IMG/VR virus record: IMGVR_UViG_3300023097_000002
Span: 1-64,000 of that record
Direction: 5' to 3' (one strand)
Source: an uncultured virus (IMG/VR IMGVR_UViG_3300023097_000002)
Lineage: Duplodnaviria; Heunggongvirae; Uroviricota; Caudoviricetes
Length of the DNA: 64,000 nt
Shown: positions 28,682 through 39,430 of the stretch, one piece after another
How the letters are laid out: each line of letters begins with the position of its first letter
Numbering within the stretch: position 1 is the first letter of the stretch
Translations under genes and position numbers: made by a program
Notes under the pieces: model-generated
Seen by the model: only the letters and a program-made list of their open reading frames with translations
The model's database searches: none
What the model was told of the DNA's origin: nothing

Positions 28682-29087
28682 CGGTCCCCAGCTCGATGGT
28701 CTCGGTCATCGTGCTGGGCTGGCCGCCCTCGTCCGGGTTCAGGGCGCCCGTGCCGGACTCGGTCTGGGCGCCCCAGGCGTACGCGGTGATGGTGCAGCCG
28801 GGCTGAAGCGTGATGCCCTCGTTCACCCAAGCCTCGGCCTGCTGCGGCGCGTTCAGGGCCTCCTGGAACTGGGCCACGAACGTCTGGCTCATCGGGCCGC
28901 TGGCGCTCTCACTGAACGCCACACTCTGGCCGCCGATCAGCAGCTTCGGGTAGAACGGGCTCGGGTTGTCTTGGCCGAAGACGAAGTAGACGCGCACCCC
29001 GCCGATGGTGGGGAAGTCGCCCGGCTGGGGAACCTCGAACGGCAGCTTCGCGATCACGCCGTCCGGCGGAATCTGGACGTCGGTCAT
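28614..29087 (-). CDS. Hypothetical protein at the end of the tail operon
   Basis: RBS GGAGG; GC3 bias; 3' end overlaps the convergent resolvase gene. Confidence 0.6.
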   Translation of the reverse strand: MTDVQIPPDGVIAKLPFEVPQPGDFPTIGGVRVYFVFGQDNPSPFYPKLLIGGQSVAFSESASGPMSQTFVAQFQEALNAPQQAEAWVNEGITLQPGCTITAYAWGAQTESGTGALNPDEGGQPSTMTETIELGTVTVLPWPEWNRLTGANEGLEGS

Positions 29088-29248
29088 GCCGCCTCCTGCG
29101 ATTCTTCCTGAAGTCCCTGCTGACTGGCGATACGAGTGCGCGATGCAGCGCGCTGCTCGCGCTCCAGGGCCGCTTCCAGCATCGCGATCTTCCTGTGTGC
29201 CTCGCTGAGCTGGCGCTCGTACGACGCCATGACGTCCTCCGAGGACAC
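29084..29248 (-). CDS. Small coiled-coil protein, absent from the ORF track
   Basis: ...YERQLSEAHRKIAMLEAALE...; ATGA overlap with the next gene. Confidence 0.55.
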   Translation of the reverse strand: MSSEDVMASYERQLSEAHRKIAMLEAALEREQRAASRTRIASQQGLQEESQEAA

Positions 29249-29253
29249 CGTTC

Positions 29254-30024
29254 CTACATCCACGTGTTCTCCTCCAGAATGCCGCGCCTGACGGCGGCGG
29301 CCACCACCCGCTTGCGCATGATCTCGGGCACGCTGCTCGTCATCAGGGCGTGGTTCACGAACCCGTCCCGAGCTGTTTCCAGTTCACCCTCCCGGTCCGT
29401 CAGGAGCTGGCGCACTTCGTCGAGCGGCGCCGAGGGGACCAGGGTGAGGCGCTGGGTCTGCTCCTCCATGCGCGTCATCGTGTCGCTCCGGGCGCCGACC
29501 GTATCGGTCGACAGTCCGGTCATCCCCTTGCAGGGGAACGTCTGCTGCTGGTCCGACGCCAGGCAGCCCTTCACATCATCGAGCCCCGACAGCACCGTGT
29601 CCAGGCACATCTTCACCACGCCGTCCGTCGTTCCGGGCAGCGCGGTGAGCCGGGATTCGACGCGGTCCAGGACGTAGTCCGGGCCGAAAGACCTCATGCG
29701 GACCGGAGGCACATCGAAGTAGTGCTCCGTGATGGTCGCAAGCGGATGCACGCCGTAGTCCTCGTCGTCGGACTCCCGGGCGTAGTACCGCTCCAGATCC
29801 TTCAGCTCCATGTCGATGGTGCTGGCGTAGTCCCCCAGTCCCCACATCTCCTTGCGGTACGCCACCACGCTCAGGCGGATGTGATGGCCGAACTCGACTG
29901 GATCGTCAGGGTCGTTGGGATTCTTGTGGACAACAATCAGCATGTCCTGCGTCGGGTCGTACTCCTCACCCTTGGCGGGCTGATGCGGCCGGATTACGTG
30001 CCGGATCACGTCGATTTCAGCCAT
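29254..30024 (-). CDS. Hypothetical tail-region protein
   Basis: Co-oriented with and adjacent to the tail-tip gene; RBS GAGG. Confidence 0.65.
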   Translation of the reverse strand: MAEIDVIRHVIRPHQPAKGEEYDPTQDMLIVVHKNPNDPDDPVEFGHHIRLSVVAYRKEMWGLGDYASTIDMELKDLERYYARESDDEDYGVHPLATITEHYFDVPPVRMRSFGPDYVLDRVESRLTALPGTTDGVVKMCLDTVLSGLDDVKGCLASDQQQTFPCKGMTGLSTDTVGARSDTMTRMEEQTQRLTLVPSAPLDEVRQLLTDREGELETARDGFVNHALMTSSVPEIMRKRVVAAAVRRGILEENTWM

Positions 30025-30030
30025 CGTTCC

Positions 30031-33000
30031 TCACGGGGTTCCGCACATGCAGATGAAGAATACTTCGGTCACGCCCGAGCTGGAAACGTACTGGAATCCG
30101 CCCTCGGTTCCGCTGGGGAACTGATAGATCGAACTAGTTACTGCCGTAGACCCACCATTGGGGCAGAGAATCGGGTAATACCGACGGGTTGTGACCGATC
30201 CGTACGAATATGTTCCGTTCTGGAACCCGACACGGTCCATGCGGAACATGTCGTTCTGGAAGTGACCCGTATTGAACATTCCGCCGATACGGAATCGAGC
30301 AACCGAGGAATCCCAGTAGATTCCCTGAACGGAAATTGTTTCCGTGCCGTACTGCCGGGTGATTTTCGAGTTCGCAACTCCGTAGGCGAACTGCATGTCG
30401 ACTCGGCCGGAGGAGTTCACCGTCTGCTCAGGGCCCGTGATGACGAAGCCGCGCGGGTCCCAGCCTCCAGTGCCGGAGGCGTCGGCCTGGAAGATGCGGG
30501 GACCATAGTTCGTCAGGCCGTCCCAGCGGATTCCGGACTGGCCGTTGAAGTTGGCGTTCTCTGTGATCTTGATGACGGCGCCGCCGGACTGACTCGTCAT
30601 CTCGTAGTACGCCGAGCGAATCGAGTGCTTGGCCGTGATGGCATCCGCATCCAGCTTGTCGGTGGTGATGGCATTCGCTGCCACCAGCGGAGCCGTGATC
30701 CGGCCGTCACCGATGAAGACCGAACCCTCCTGCCAGATTTCGATCTGGCTGAACTCCAGGGCCACATCGACGGAAACGCCGTTCTCGAACTTCACGTAGA
30801 AGTACGGAATGAGGCCAACGATTCCTGCGGGAACGTTGTACCCGGTGGTCGACGTGACGGTGTACGTGCCGTTCGCCGAGATCGTGAAGTCAGAGATCAG
30901 CACGCCGGAGGTTGCCGTGCCCGCGCCGGATCGCTGGAAGTTGCGCGCCAGTACGGCCACGTTGATGGTCGCGGCGCCAGGGCTGGCCGGGATTCCAGTG
31001 GCGGTCACCACGAACCTGGCCTTGAAGTTACCCGTCGGGCCACTGGAGTTCTGCGGCCGGGTCACCGGAATGGCCAGCTCGGGGGAAGTCAGGCCAGGGC
31101 CGGGATGGGTCTGAAGCGGGTAGTTCACCAGCGTGTTGTTGGTGAAACCGAACCGGTTGAAGCTGCTCGCCGTGGTGTTGTTGTCGATCCTCGGGTTTCC
31201 GTCGGCCGTGATGGTCCAGGCGACACCCCCAGCGGACGATGCAGCGGCCTGGGTGAGGCGGGCCGCGTTCAGGGTGGCGGAGCTGAAGGCCGGGTCGACC
31301 ACCAGGTTCGCCGGGTCGCCGACGGAGAGGGTTTCCACCGAGAGGCTGTGCGCTTTGATCTGTTCGGCCGTGATCGTACCGGCCAGGATGTTGTTTGCCG
31401 TGATGGTGTTGGCGGCGATGTCGGGTCCGGTCACACCGAGCACCACGATGGAGGTGACAGCCGAGGTGGCGGAAATGACCGAGGCGCTGTTCATCGCCTT
31501 GAAGCGGACGTAGACCGTGTTGCCGACGTTCCAGGTCGGTATGCCGCCCTTGCCGCTCATGATGAGTCCGGCGCCACCCGAGAAGACTTCGCCCGCGTGG
31601 AACCATGTGGAGTTATTGGTCGAGACCTCGACCTGCACCTCACGGAATTCCGGCGGGTAGGCGTTCCCGTCCTCGTCCTTGCCGTCCCACTCGGCCTTCA
31701 CCGTGCTGAGCTTCGACGACAGAATCGGCGCCGAAGGGATTTCGGGTGCCGTCGTCGGGTAGCCCATCGTCTGCACGATGGCGTTCGACCAGTCCGAGGC
31801 GTAGCCGGAGTCGCGGATCGCCTGCACCCGGAACTCATAGCTGTAGCCCGAGTCCAGCAGCGGCACCTTGGCGTGGATCACCTGCCCGGTGGACGGCGAA
31901 TCGGGCTGCGTCACCTGGACGGTAAACGCCTGCTGCCAGTTGAAGTCCGACCGGCGCGCAGCCACGTTGTACCGCAGGATGTCGATCGTGCGGTTCTCGA
32001 CGTCCTTGGTGGCGACCTGGAAGGCAACGTCGGCCATCGAAACCGGATCGCCCAGCGTCGAGAAGTACGGCTCGTTGGTGACCGAGTTGAGGATCGGCGC
32101 CTTGGGGGGCGTGGAGTCGATCGGGGCGGGCTTCTGGGGCTTCGTACCGGCACCGGTACCTCCGCCGCCCGTGGGGCCGCCTGCTCCCGACACGCGGGAA
32201 ACCCAGCGCTCTGTCTGGAGGGCGCGGTCGGTGAACCGGTCGTTGAGGGTGAGCGCGACGCCGACACCGTACGGATCCGTCCCCGACAAGGTGATCTGGT
32301 AGACGCGCATCGACGCCTTCTGGGCGCCGGTCGTCGCGTCACTCATGGCCCGAATGAAGTCGCCCGGCCGGTAGTCCACGAGCGGCACCGGGGCGCCCTC
32401 GGTCCAGACGAACTTCTTCGTGTACTGGGTGCGGCTCTTGTACTTCGTGAGCAGCAGGTTGTCGGTGATCTGGGCGAGCGTCTGCACGTCGGTGACGCCT
32501 GACGCCGAGATCGACTCGTCCCACTTTCCCCAGGGGTACTCGACGGAGTCCGGCGCCTCGACCATGCCGGAGATGAGCTGCTGGTCACCGACGGCCACAA
32601 TGAATCCGGCCAGGTCTTCCCAGGTGCGCTCGACCGGCTCCTCGGTGGTGCCGACCATGCTATGGACGTGCACGCCCGTGTCGCTGTCGAGCTGGCGGCG
32701 CAGTGTCGTGTCCGCCTTGTACATCTGGAGGACGCGCTTGTTCATCCGCCAGTCGAAGAAGCCCTGGCGGGAGAGGGCATCGATCATCGACCAGGCGTCC
32801 TGGCCGTAGTCGAAGTTGCCCTTCATCGTGACGCCCCACGCGGTACCTGCGGAGTCCACGCTGCCGGTGAAGTCGTACGTCATCCCGGGGATGTTTCCCC
32901 GGTTCTTGGCCAGGTCGATAATCTCCTTGACGGGAAGCGCGGGGGACACGGATGTCTTGTAGGCGATCTGCCCGTCCTTGTTCAGGCGCGGGTTGTCCGG

Positions 33001-33348
33001 GTCCATCCAGCGGACCTTCTTGAGCTGCCACCCGTACGACGGCATCGTGAAGGAGAGGATGCGCGGCCGGGCGGCCAGATCGAACGACCGGCGGACGTTC
33101 ATGAACCGGCATCCGGGCTGCTCGGTGAACGTACCGGTGTTGGGATCGCGCAGCTCAAGCGCGACTTCGCAGGGCGACTTCAGCAGGTTGGCCGCGTCCG
33201 ACCCATCCGGGTAGGTCATCGTCAGCGAGGGCATGTCGTTGAGCGGGATGCCCGCTTCCCAGGAAAGCGGATGAGGCAGGATCCCGATCGCCGCACCGTT
33301 TGCGGCGTACGCCCGGAAGCGAACGACCAGCGTATTGACCAGCGCCAT
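30031..33348 (-). CDS. Minor tail (hub/host-specificity) protein with FN3-like domains
   Basis: Follows the Dit-like gene; D.TPP.AP and YEFRVQAI...SDWS FN3 motifs; ITADKI-type repeats. Confidence 0.85.
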   Translation of the reverse strand: MALVNTLVVRFRAYAANGAAIGILPHPLSWEAGIPLNDMPSLTMTYPDGSDAANLLKSPCEVALELRDPNTGTFTEQPGCRFMNVRRSFDLAARPRILSFTMPSYGWQLKKVRWMDPDNPRLNKDGQIAYKTSVSPALPVKEIIDLAKNRGNIPGMTYDFTGSVDSAGTAWGVTMKGNFDYGQDAWSMIDALSRQGFFDWRMNKRVLQMYKADTTLRRQLDSDTGVHVHSMVGTTEEPVERTWEDLAGFIVAVGDQQLISGMVEAPDSVEYPWGKWDESISASGVTDVQTLAQITDNLLLTKYKSRTQYTKKFVWTEGAPVPLVDYRPGDFIRAMSDATTGAQKASMRVYQITLSGTDPYGVGVALTLNDRFTDRALQTERWVSRVSGAGGPTGGGGTGAGTKPQKPAPIDSTPPKAPILNSVTNEPYFSTLGDPVSMADVAFQVATKDVENRTIDILRYNVAARRSDFNWQQAFTVQVTQPDSPSTGQVIHAKVPLLDSGYSYEFRVQAIRDSGYASDWSNAIVQTMGYPTTAPEIPSAPILSSKLSTVKAEWDGKDEDGNAYPPEFREVQVEVSTNNSTWFHAGEVFSGGAGLIMSGKGGIPTWNVGNTVYVRFKAMNSASVISATSAVTSIVVLGVTGPDIAANTITANNILAGTITAEQIKAHSLSVETLSVGDPANLVVDPAFSSATLNAARLTQAAASSAGGVAWTITADGNPRIDNNTTASSFNRFGFTNNTLVNYPLQTHPGPGLTSPELAIPVTRPQNSSGPTGNFKARFVVTATGIPASPGAATINVAVLARNFQRSGAGTATSGVLISDFTISANGTYTVTSTTGYNVPAGIVGLIPYFYVKFENGVSVDVALEFSQIEIWQEGSVFIGDGRITAPLVAANAITTDKLDADAITAKHSIRSAYYEMTSQSGGAVIKITENANFNGQSGIRWDGLTNYGPRIFQADASGTGGWDPRGFVITGPEQTVNSSGRVDMQFAYGVANSKITRQYGTETISVQGIYWDSSVARFRIGGMFNTGHFQNDMFRMDRVGFQNGTYSYGSVTTRRYYPILCPNGGSTAVTSSIYQFPSGTEGGFQYVSSSGVTEVFFICMCGTP

Positions 33349-33351
33349 ATG

Positions 33352-34194
33352 TCACACCACCGCGTACCTGGATCGCACCTGCACTCCGTTGTTTCCGCCA
33401 GCAGTTGTAACGGTGAATGTACCGGTCCTGTTCCCGAAAGAACCGGAGCCGCGCGACGTGAAAGTCAGCGGCCCGTTTCCACGGAATTCCAGGGCGCCCG
33501 TCACGTTCGTTCCCGTGGTGAAAGTCCACACTTCCGAGGACTGAAGCCGAGCCCTCATGTAGCGGGGGTCGATGAGCAGCCACTGTGCCGAACTGACCGA
33601 GGATGATCCGTCACCCCAGAAGACCGATGTCGTCGAGGTGTTGTCGGTGACCGTGAGGGAGGTGGCCGGGCCCTTCAGCAGCAGGAGCGAGTCGGCGATG
33701 GGAACCGTCGAAGCGAGCGCGTTGGCCAGGGTGTTCGAGGAGCTGTTGAAGAAGGTCACCGTCGTCTCGGCGCCACGCCAGGCGCCGCCGGGGACATTGA
33801 AGATGATCGTCGCGTCGGCCCGGTTGCTCGGGCAGGAGAAGTCCGGGGTGTTCATCGAGACGAGCTGGGCGTCGGCCGTCTCCTCGATCGTCCCCCGGAC
33901 CCGCGTGAGGGTGATGGGCTGGTTGGTGCCCATCCCGAGCAGGCCCATCAGGGTGTTCCACCGTGAGGCCAGCGCCTCCGGCGTGAGGTCGACGATGCGG
34001 ATCTTCAAGGAGACCGTGATCTGCGACAGCGGATCGTCCCACTGGGGGATCGAGAAGTGTGTGTTCGGCACTTCGATGACGGCACGGCGCGGCGCCAGGG
34101 CCGGTGCGTACTCGGTGCCCTCCAGGAGGTACATGCCCGAGGTGATGGCCTTGCCGCCGATCGTGAACCCGTTGATCTTGTATGCCGTCGCCAT
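33352..34194 (-). CDS. Distal tail (Dit-like) protein
   Basis: Immediately after tape measure; beta-rich. Confidence 0.75.
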   Translation of the reverse strand: MATAYKINGFTIGGKAITSGMYLLEGTEYAPALAPRRAVIEVPNTHFSIPQWDDPLSQITVSLKIRIVDLTPEALASRWNTLMGLLGMGTNQPITLTRVRGTIEETADAQLVSMNTPDFSCPSNRADATIIFNVPGGAWRGAETTVTFFNSSSNTLANALASTVPIADSLLLLKGPATSLTVTDNTSTTSVFWGDGSSSVSSAQWLLIDPRYMRARLQSSEVWTFTTGTNVTGALEFRGNGPLTFTSRGSGSFGNRTGTFTVTTAGGNNGVQVRSRYAVV

Positions 34195-34197
34195 CGC

Positions 34198-37100
34198 TCA
34201 CACCCCGCTGATCGTCGCTGCGTAGGCCAGCGACCTGTTGATCGTAGTCGACGTGGGCTCGGCCTGCGGGTACTGGTTGTTGATGTTGAAGACGTTCGTC
34301 GGCCCGGTGTTCTGCGGCACCAGCCGGGCAGTGAACACCGACACGCTCTCCGGCGGCACCTGCTGCACCGCGCTGCTGCCGCCGAGCATCGTCGTTCCGG
34401 CGCCGCCCTGCCGCGCCCGGACCTGCTTCGAGCCGCCCGTCACGCCGGAGTCCAGCAGGCGCTTGGCGACGCCACCGAAGCCCCGGCCGCCCGACCGGTT
34501 GATGATCTCCAGCAGAGCGCCGAAGCGCTTGGCCGAGGCGGCGTTCACGACGAACTCGCCATTGGAGAGCATCGCCGGAATCACGTCGGACTTCGGGCCG
34601 CCAGGCCCGTTGATCCAGCCGCCGTTGGCCGCCGCGTAGCTCTTCGGCGGGGAGTTCTTCTGGTAGTAGTAGTAGCCCACCGAGACCGTGGCCTGCCGGG
34701 TCAGCGCGTTGGTGATCCGGCCACCGGCCGTGTATGCGGCCTGGACGATTCCGCCGAGCTGCCGGTTGAAGTTGCCGACACCGGCCAGGGTGACGGTGCC
34801 CTTCGGGTTCAGCTTGCCCTTATTCGCGTCGGCGACCGCGCGCTTCAGGGCCTCCAGCAGCGCCTTGAACTCGTCGTCGTCGAGCTTGCCGTCACCGTTG
34901 ACGTCGAACTCACCGGCCGCCTCCTTGCCCAGGATGAGCTGGGCGAGGGCCGTCATCTGGGCCCGGTACTCCTTGTCGTTGAGCTGCGCCTTGCCCTTCG
35001 GGTTCAGCAGGCCCTGGCCTTCCGTGGATGCCAGGAACTCGGTCATCGCGAGCACCTTCGCCCGGTACTCGGCGTCGCTCAGCTTGCCCTTGCCCTTCGC
35101 GTCCAGCTTGCCTTCAGCCTCCAGGCCGTCCACGAACGTGGTGAGCTGGGTGAGCTGCGACTGGAAGATCAGGGTGTTGAGGGTGGCCTTGCCCTCCTTG
35201 TTCAGGTTCGTGTTCTTCAGCAGCTCCTGGAGCTTGGCGATGTCGCCCTGGGCCTTGATGATGTCGATGGCGACCTCGGGCTTGACCTTCTTCTTTCCGA
35301 CGAGGTCGATGTACAGGCTCAGGTCACTGAGCGACTTGAACGCCTTCGCGTCGTCGGCGGAGATGTCGATCTTCACGCCCTTGACCTGGCTGAGCTGCGT
35401 CACCAGCTTGGCGTACTGGTTCGACACGTCGGCGAAGTCCTCGCTGGTCTTCGCCTTGTCGATCAGGTTACCGAAGACGTCGGCGATGATCGTCCTGGTC
35501 TGGAGGGTGGCGTTCTCGATCTTCCCGGAGTTCTGGATGATGGCCGCCGCGAGGTTGCTCGTGGCGTCGCCGCCGATCTCGGCCAGGCGCGGGCCCAGCT
35601 TTTCCAGCTCCTTCGCGGAGAGATCGGCCAGCTCGGCAACGGCCGGTGCCGCCTCCGGACCCATCTTGCGGAACTGCTCCGCGACCTCCGGGCCGAGAGT
35701 CGCGGAGATCTTGATCAGGTTCGCCGACCAGTCACGCTGCGCCTTGGCGATCTTCTCCAGTTCCTTGATATAGGCGTCCAGTCCGCCCTTGGTCTTCAGT
35801 GAGAACTTGTCAATCGCATCCTCGGCCTTGCCGAACGCCGACTCGGCCGCCGACTTGAAGGCATCGAGCGGAGTACCGAACTTCTCGAACGAGGTCGCGA
35901 GCTGGTCGATCGCCTGCTGCGCCTCCTCGCCCGTGGTGTCCAGGTCTTCCAGCGCGGACTTCGTCAGCTTGATCTTGCCGCTTGCCGAGCTGGCTGAGGT
36001 GCCCGTCTCGTCGAGCGCGTCGGCCAGCAGACCCTTCGTGATCGAGAGCTTCGTCGAGGCGCTGTCCTCGGCGGAGATCGTCGTACGCAGGGCCTCCAGG
36101 AAGTTCTTCAGGCGGATGGCCGCTGCCGCCTCGCTGTTGATCTGCTCGCCGAGCTTGCCGGAACCGGCGGGCGCGTAGTTGTCGGCCGTCTTGCCGACTT
36201 CCTTGATCGCCGCGTCGAGCTGCTTGAGCGCCTTCCCCGGGTCCTGGAGAGACAGCTCCAGGACATCGCCCACGTTCACGCCAGCCGTGGCGAGCTGGTC
36301 GAGGGCATCGGCGCTGATCTTGCTCCCGTCGGCGAGCTTCGACGTCTCGATGGCCGCCTGTGCGGTGTCGAGCAGCCACTGCTTGGTGTTCTCGCCGATG
36401 GCCGCCGTGTTCTCGCCCAGCGCCTCGGTCGTCTTGTTGATGACGCCCTCCTCCTTCGCGATCTCGCGAAGGTAGCGCTGGGCCGCCTGGGCTCCGGTGC
36501 CGTGCCCCTTGGCCTGCTCTTCCAGGGCCTCCTTCGAGCCCTTGGTGGCCTCGATCGCCCGCAGCCGCTCCTTGGCCTCGGTGCGCGCCGCCTCGGCCGA
36601 ACGCTGGTCGGCGTCAGCCAGGTCGCCCTTCGTGGTGGTGATCGTGCGGTACACGCCGATCGCGCCCAGGGCCTCCTTCGAGCCGTCCCGGATCGCCGCG
36701 TTGTACTGCTTCACGCCACCGGCCGCCAAGACCGCCGCATCGGTGTCGGCCTTGATGGCGTTGGCCAGGGCCTGCGTGCCGCCACTCGCCTCGAACGCGG
36801 CATCGGCGATCCTCTCGGACTCCGAGCGGAAGTCGAACATCTTGCCGATGAGCGGGCCCAGCAGGATGCCCGCCGTGGCGATGGCGATACCCCACGGACC
36901 GAAGGCGAACGCTGCCGCTCGGGCCGCCAGGCCGGAGGCCGTGATGCCGGTGGTCGCCCGGGTGAAGGCGCCCGCAGCAACAGTGCTTGCCGCAGCGGCC
37001 GTTCCCATACCGGCACCCATCTGAGCACCGGCCGCCGCCGCGTTGCGCATGGAGGCCGACATCAGGTTCGTCGTCGGCACCGCACGGGCCGTCGTGGTGT

Positions 37101-39417
37101 TCAGACCTGCCACAGCCGCCGCCGAAATGGCCGTCTGACCGGCGAAGACGCGAGAAGAGTTCGCGATCTGCGTTTGCGTGAGCGCCAGGTTCCGGTTGAC
37201 GTTCGAGACGTTGGCCATGGCCAGGGCGGAGGCGGTCGCCTGGGCGCTGAGCTGGCGCATGGAGGTCTGCGTGGCCAGCGTCGAGGCGAACAGGGCGTCC
37301 TGTCCGCGCACCGCGTTGAGGCTGGCCGTGCTCATCGCGTTCAGGCCGGTCGCCGACTGGGCCGCCGCCAGCGAGTAGCCCCGGATCGTCGTGGACGACG
37401 CGGCGAGCGCCGTCGACAGCGCCTCCGTGCTGACCGTGAGCTGCCGCTGGGAGTTGGCCGCTGCCGCCTGCGCCGCCGTCGTGCCCTGGAAACCGTTGCG
37501 GTAGATGTCGAGCGCGACGCGAGCGCTCAGCGTGCTGACCTTCAGGCGTTCCTGGAGTTCCCGGGCCGCGATCAGGGACTGGATCGTCTTCGACAGTGCC
37601 ACCTGGTACAGGGCCCATCCGGCTGCTGCCGTGACCGCCAGGGCGCCGAGGGTGCCGACGATCGGAACAACCGGTCCGAGGTGGGCGAGGAAGCCGATGA
37701 CGTTGGCCAGGTTGCCCGCGACGGAACCGATGGCCGTGGCCAGCGGACCGCCGAGAGTGGCCAGCAGGGTCTGGAAGGCGTCGGAGAGGTTCTGGAGTTC
37801 GGCCGCCGTGGTCTGGTAGATGCCCTTGGACTGGCGGTTCAGTTCGGTGCCCTTGGCGAACTCCTGGTTGGCCCGGTCGAAGGACTCGCTGACGATGTCG
37901 GCGTTGTTGGCCAGTCGGGAGAACACGTCGATGTCGCGGACCGCGTTGACGCCCAGCTCGCGGAGTACGCCCTGAACGTCGCCACCGGCTCCGGCCGCCC
38001 GGCTGAGGCCCTGGATGAAGGCCAGCAGGAAGTCGCCGCGCGTCGCCGGGTTGTTGTAGAGCTTCGAGACCTCGGAGTCGGTCATCCCCATGACCTTGGC
38101 GAGCTTGCTCAGCTCGGTGCCACCGTCGGAGACGGCCGTGGACAGCTCGTTGAACACACGGGTCAGGGCACCGCGTGACAGCTCGGGCCGGACCTGGAGG
38201 GTGGCAAGGGCGGCGGAGAGACCGGCCGTCTGCTGGGCCGTGAGGCCGAACAGGTTCGACACGGTGGCGATCGAGGCGTTGACGCGCAGGATCTCCTGAT
38301 CGGTCGCGGCCGACGCGGTACCGAGGGCCAGAATCGCGGAACCGAGCTGGTCGATCTCGGAGATCGGCACATCCTGCATCTGGGCGATACGGCCGAGGAG
38401 CAGCGTTGCCTCGTCGGCCGCCACACCCGTGGTCAGCGAGAACTTCACGATCGTGTCGGTGAAGTCGCCGAGGTTCTGTTCCGAGATGCCGATGGCCGCA
38501 CCGAGCTGACCGATGCGGGCGACTTCCTCGAAGGAGATCGGCGCCTGCTGGGCGATCTCCTGGAACCTCGCGAGCAGGCCAACCGAAGCGGCTTCCGCCT
38601 CGCCGACGACTCGGGCCACCTGCGCGAACGCCGCCTCCTGCGAGATGGCCGCTCCGGCGAGCGCGGTGGGCACCTTCGACAGGACGTTGAACAGCGACTG
38701 GAAGGCGCTCTCCAGCTCGCCGACGGTGTTGCGCAGGGCGAACGTGGAGCCCGAGTAGGAAACCGTCGACTGATGGGCACTCTGGGTCGCCTGGGCGGTG
38801 CGGGCGCGGGCGGCGGCCAGGGCCTGCTCCTGCTGGGCGATGCGCTGAGCCGACTGGGCCAGCTTCTCCCGCTGGATGGCCAGCTTCTGCTCTTCGAGCG
38901 CGAGCCGCTGGGAGGTCTCGGCGGCCTTCCTCTTGGCCTGCTCCTCCTTCTGCTGCGCGGCGATGGCGTTCTGAGTGATCGACGACATCGACTTCTGCGC
39001 GCTGGCGAGCTGGTTGATCACTGCGGCCAGCTTCTGGTACAGCGTGACCGTACGGTTCAGCCGCTGGTATTCCTTCTCGCTCAGGCCCTGAACGGATGCC
39101 AGGGCGGAGCGGAGCTGCTGGAACGCCTGCGTCATCAGCTTGGCGCCGTTGGCCGACGCCGACTCATTCTTCTGGAGCGCCTGAACTGCGGAGGCGTAGT
39201 TCTTGGTGGCCGACGTGATCTGGTTGTAGACGGTCAGCGAGGTGCGGAGCTTGGCGGCAAGGCCGCTCTCGACCAGGGCGACCTTGCTCAGAACGGTGTT
39301 CAGATTGGAGAAGACCTTCTCCATCTGGCCGCCGGACTTGGTGACGGCCTGAGCGCCCTGCGCGAAAGAGCGGATGTCCAGGTTGATGCGAGCTGTCGCA
39401 TCGAAGCCCGTTGCCAC
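34198..39417 (-). CDS. Tail tape measure protein
   Basis: 1739 aa, Ala-rich and helical; TP901-like core; C-terminal ANGG.I.GPG..SD.IPAMLSNGEFVV. Confidence 0.95.
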   Translation of the reverse strand: MATGFDATARINLDIRSFAQGAQAVTKSGGQMEKVFSNLNTVLSKVALVESGLAAKLRTSLTVYNQITSATKNYASAVQALQKNESASANGAKLMTQAFQQLRSALASVQGLSEKEYQRLNRTVTLYQKLAAVINQLASAQKSMSSITQNAIAAQQKEEQAKRKAAETSQRLALEEQKLAIQREKLAQSAQRIAQQEQALAAARARTAQATQSAHQSTVSYSGSTFALRNTVGELESAFQSLFNVLSKVPTALAGAAISQEAAFAQVARVVGEAEAASVGLLARFQEIAQQAPISFEEVARIGQLGAAIGISEQNLGDFTDTIVKFSLTTGVAADEATLLLGRIAQMQDVPISEIDQLGSAILALGTASAATDQEILRVNASIATVSNLFGLTAQQTAGLSAALATLQVRPELSRGALTRVFNELSTAVSDGGTELSKLAKVMGMTDSEVSKLYNNPATRGDFLLAFIQGLSRAAGAGGDVQGVLRELGVNAVRDIDVFSRLANNADIVSESFDRANQEFAKGTELNRQSKGIYQTTAAELQNLSDAFQTLLATLGGPLATAIGSVAGNLANVIGFLAHLGPVVPIVGTLGALAVTAAAGWALYQVALSKTIQSLIAARELQERLKVSTLSARVALDIYRNGFQGTTAAQAAAANSQRQLTVSTEALSTALAASSTTIRGYSLAAAQSATGLNAMSTASLNAVRGQDALFASTLATQTSMRQLSAQATASALAMANVSNVNRNLALTQTQIANSSRVFAGQTAISAAAVAGLNTTTARAVPTTNLMSASMRNAAAAGAQMGAGMGTAAAASTVAAGAFTRATTGITASGLAARAAAFAFGPWGIAIATAGILLGPLIGKMFDFRSESERIADAAFEASGGTQALANAIKADTDAAVLAAGGVKQYNAAIRDGSKEALGAIGVYRTITTTKGDLADADQRSAEAARTEAKERLRAIEATKGSKEALEEQAKGHGTGAQAAQRYLREIAKEEGVINKTTEALGENTAAIGENTKQWLLDTAQAAIETSKLADGSKISADALDQLATAGVNVGDVLELSLQDPGKALKQLDAAIKEVGKTADNYAPAGSGKLGEQINSEAAAAIRLKNFLEALRTTISAEDSASTKLSITKGLLADALDETGTSASSASGKIKLTKSALEDLDTTGEEAQQAIDQLATSFEKFGTPLDAFKSAAESAFGKAEDAIDKFSLKTKGGLDAYIKELEKIAKAQRDWSANLIKISATLGPEVAEQFRKMGPEAAPAVAELADLSAKELEKLGPRLAEIGGDATSNLAAAIIQNSGKIENATLQTRTIIADVFGNLIDKAKTSEDFADVSNQYAKLVTQLSQVKGVKIDISADDAKAFKSLSDLSLYIDLVGKKKVKPEVAIDIIKAQGDIAKLQELLKNTNLNKEGKATLNTLIFQSQLTQLTTFVDGLEAEGKLDAKGKGKLSDAEYRAKVLAMTEFLASTEGQGLLNPKGKAQLNDKEYRAQMTALAQLILGKEAAGEFDVNGDGKLDDDEFKALLEALKRAVADANKGKLNPKGTVTLAGVGNFNRQLGGIVQAAYTAGGRITNALTRQATVSVGYYYYQKNSPPKSYAAANGGWINGPGGPKSDVIPAMLSNGEFVVNAASAKRFGALLEIINRSGGRGFGGVAKRLLDSGVTGGSKQVRARQGGAGTTMLGGSSAVQQVPPESVSVFTARLVPQNTGPTNVFNINNQYPQAEPTSTTINRSLAYAATISGV

Positions 39418-39430
39418 CTAGACCTCCGCT

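Noticed and set aside
29350..32502. 1050-aa + strand ORF and similar long antisense ORFs (12084-13664, 34057-35802, 55036-56541)
   Set aside because: High-GC shadow frames opposite well-supported genes, with no motifs
30031..33348. Diversity-generating retroelement targeting the tail tip
   Set aside because: No reverse transcriptase or template/variable repeat pair seen
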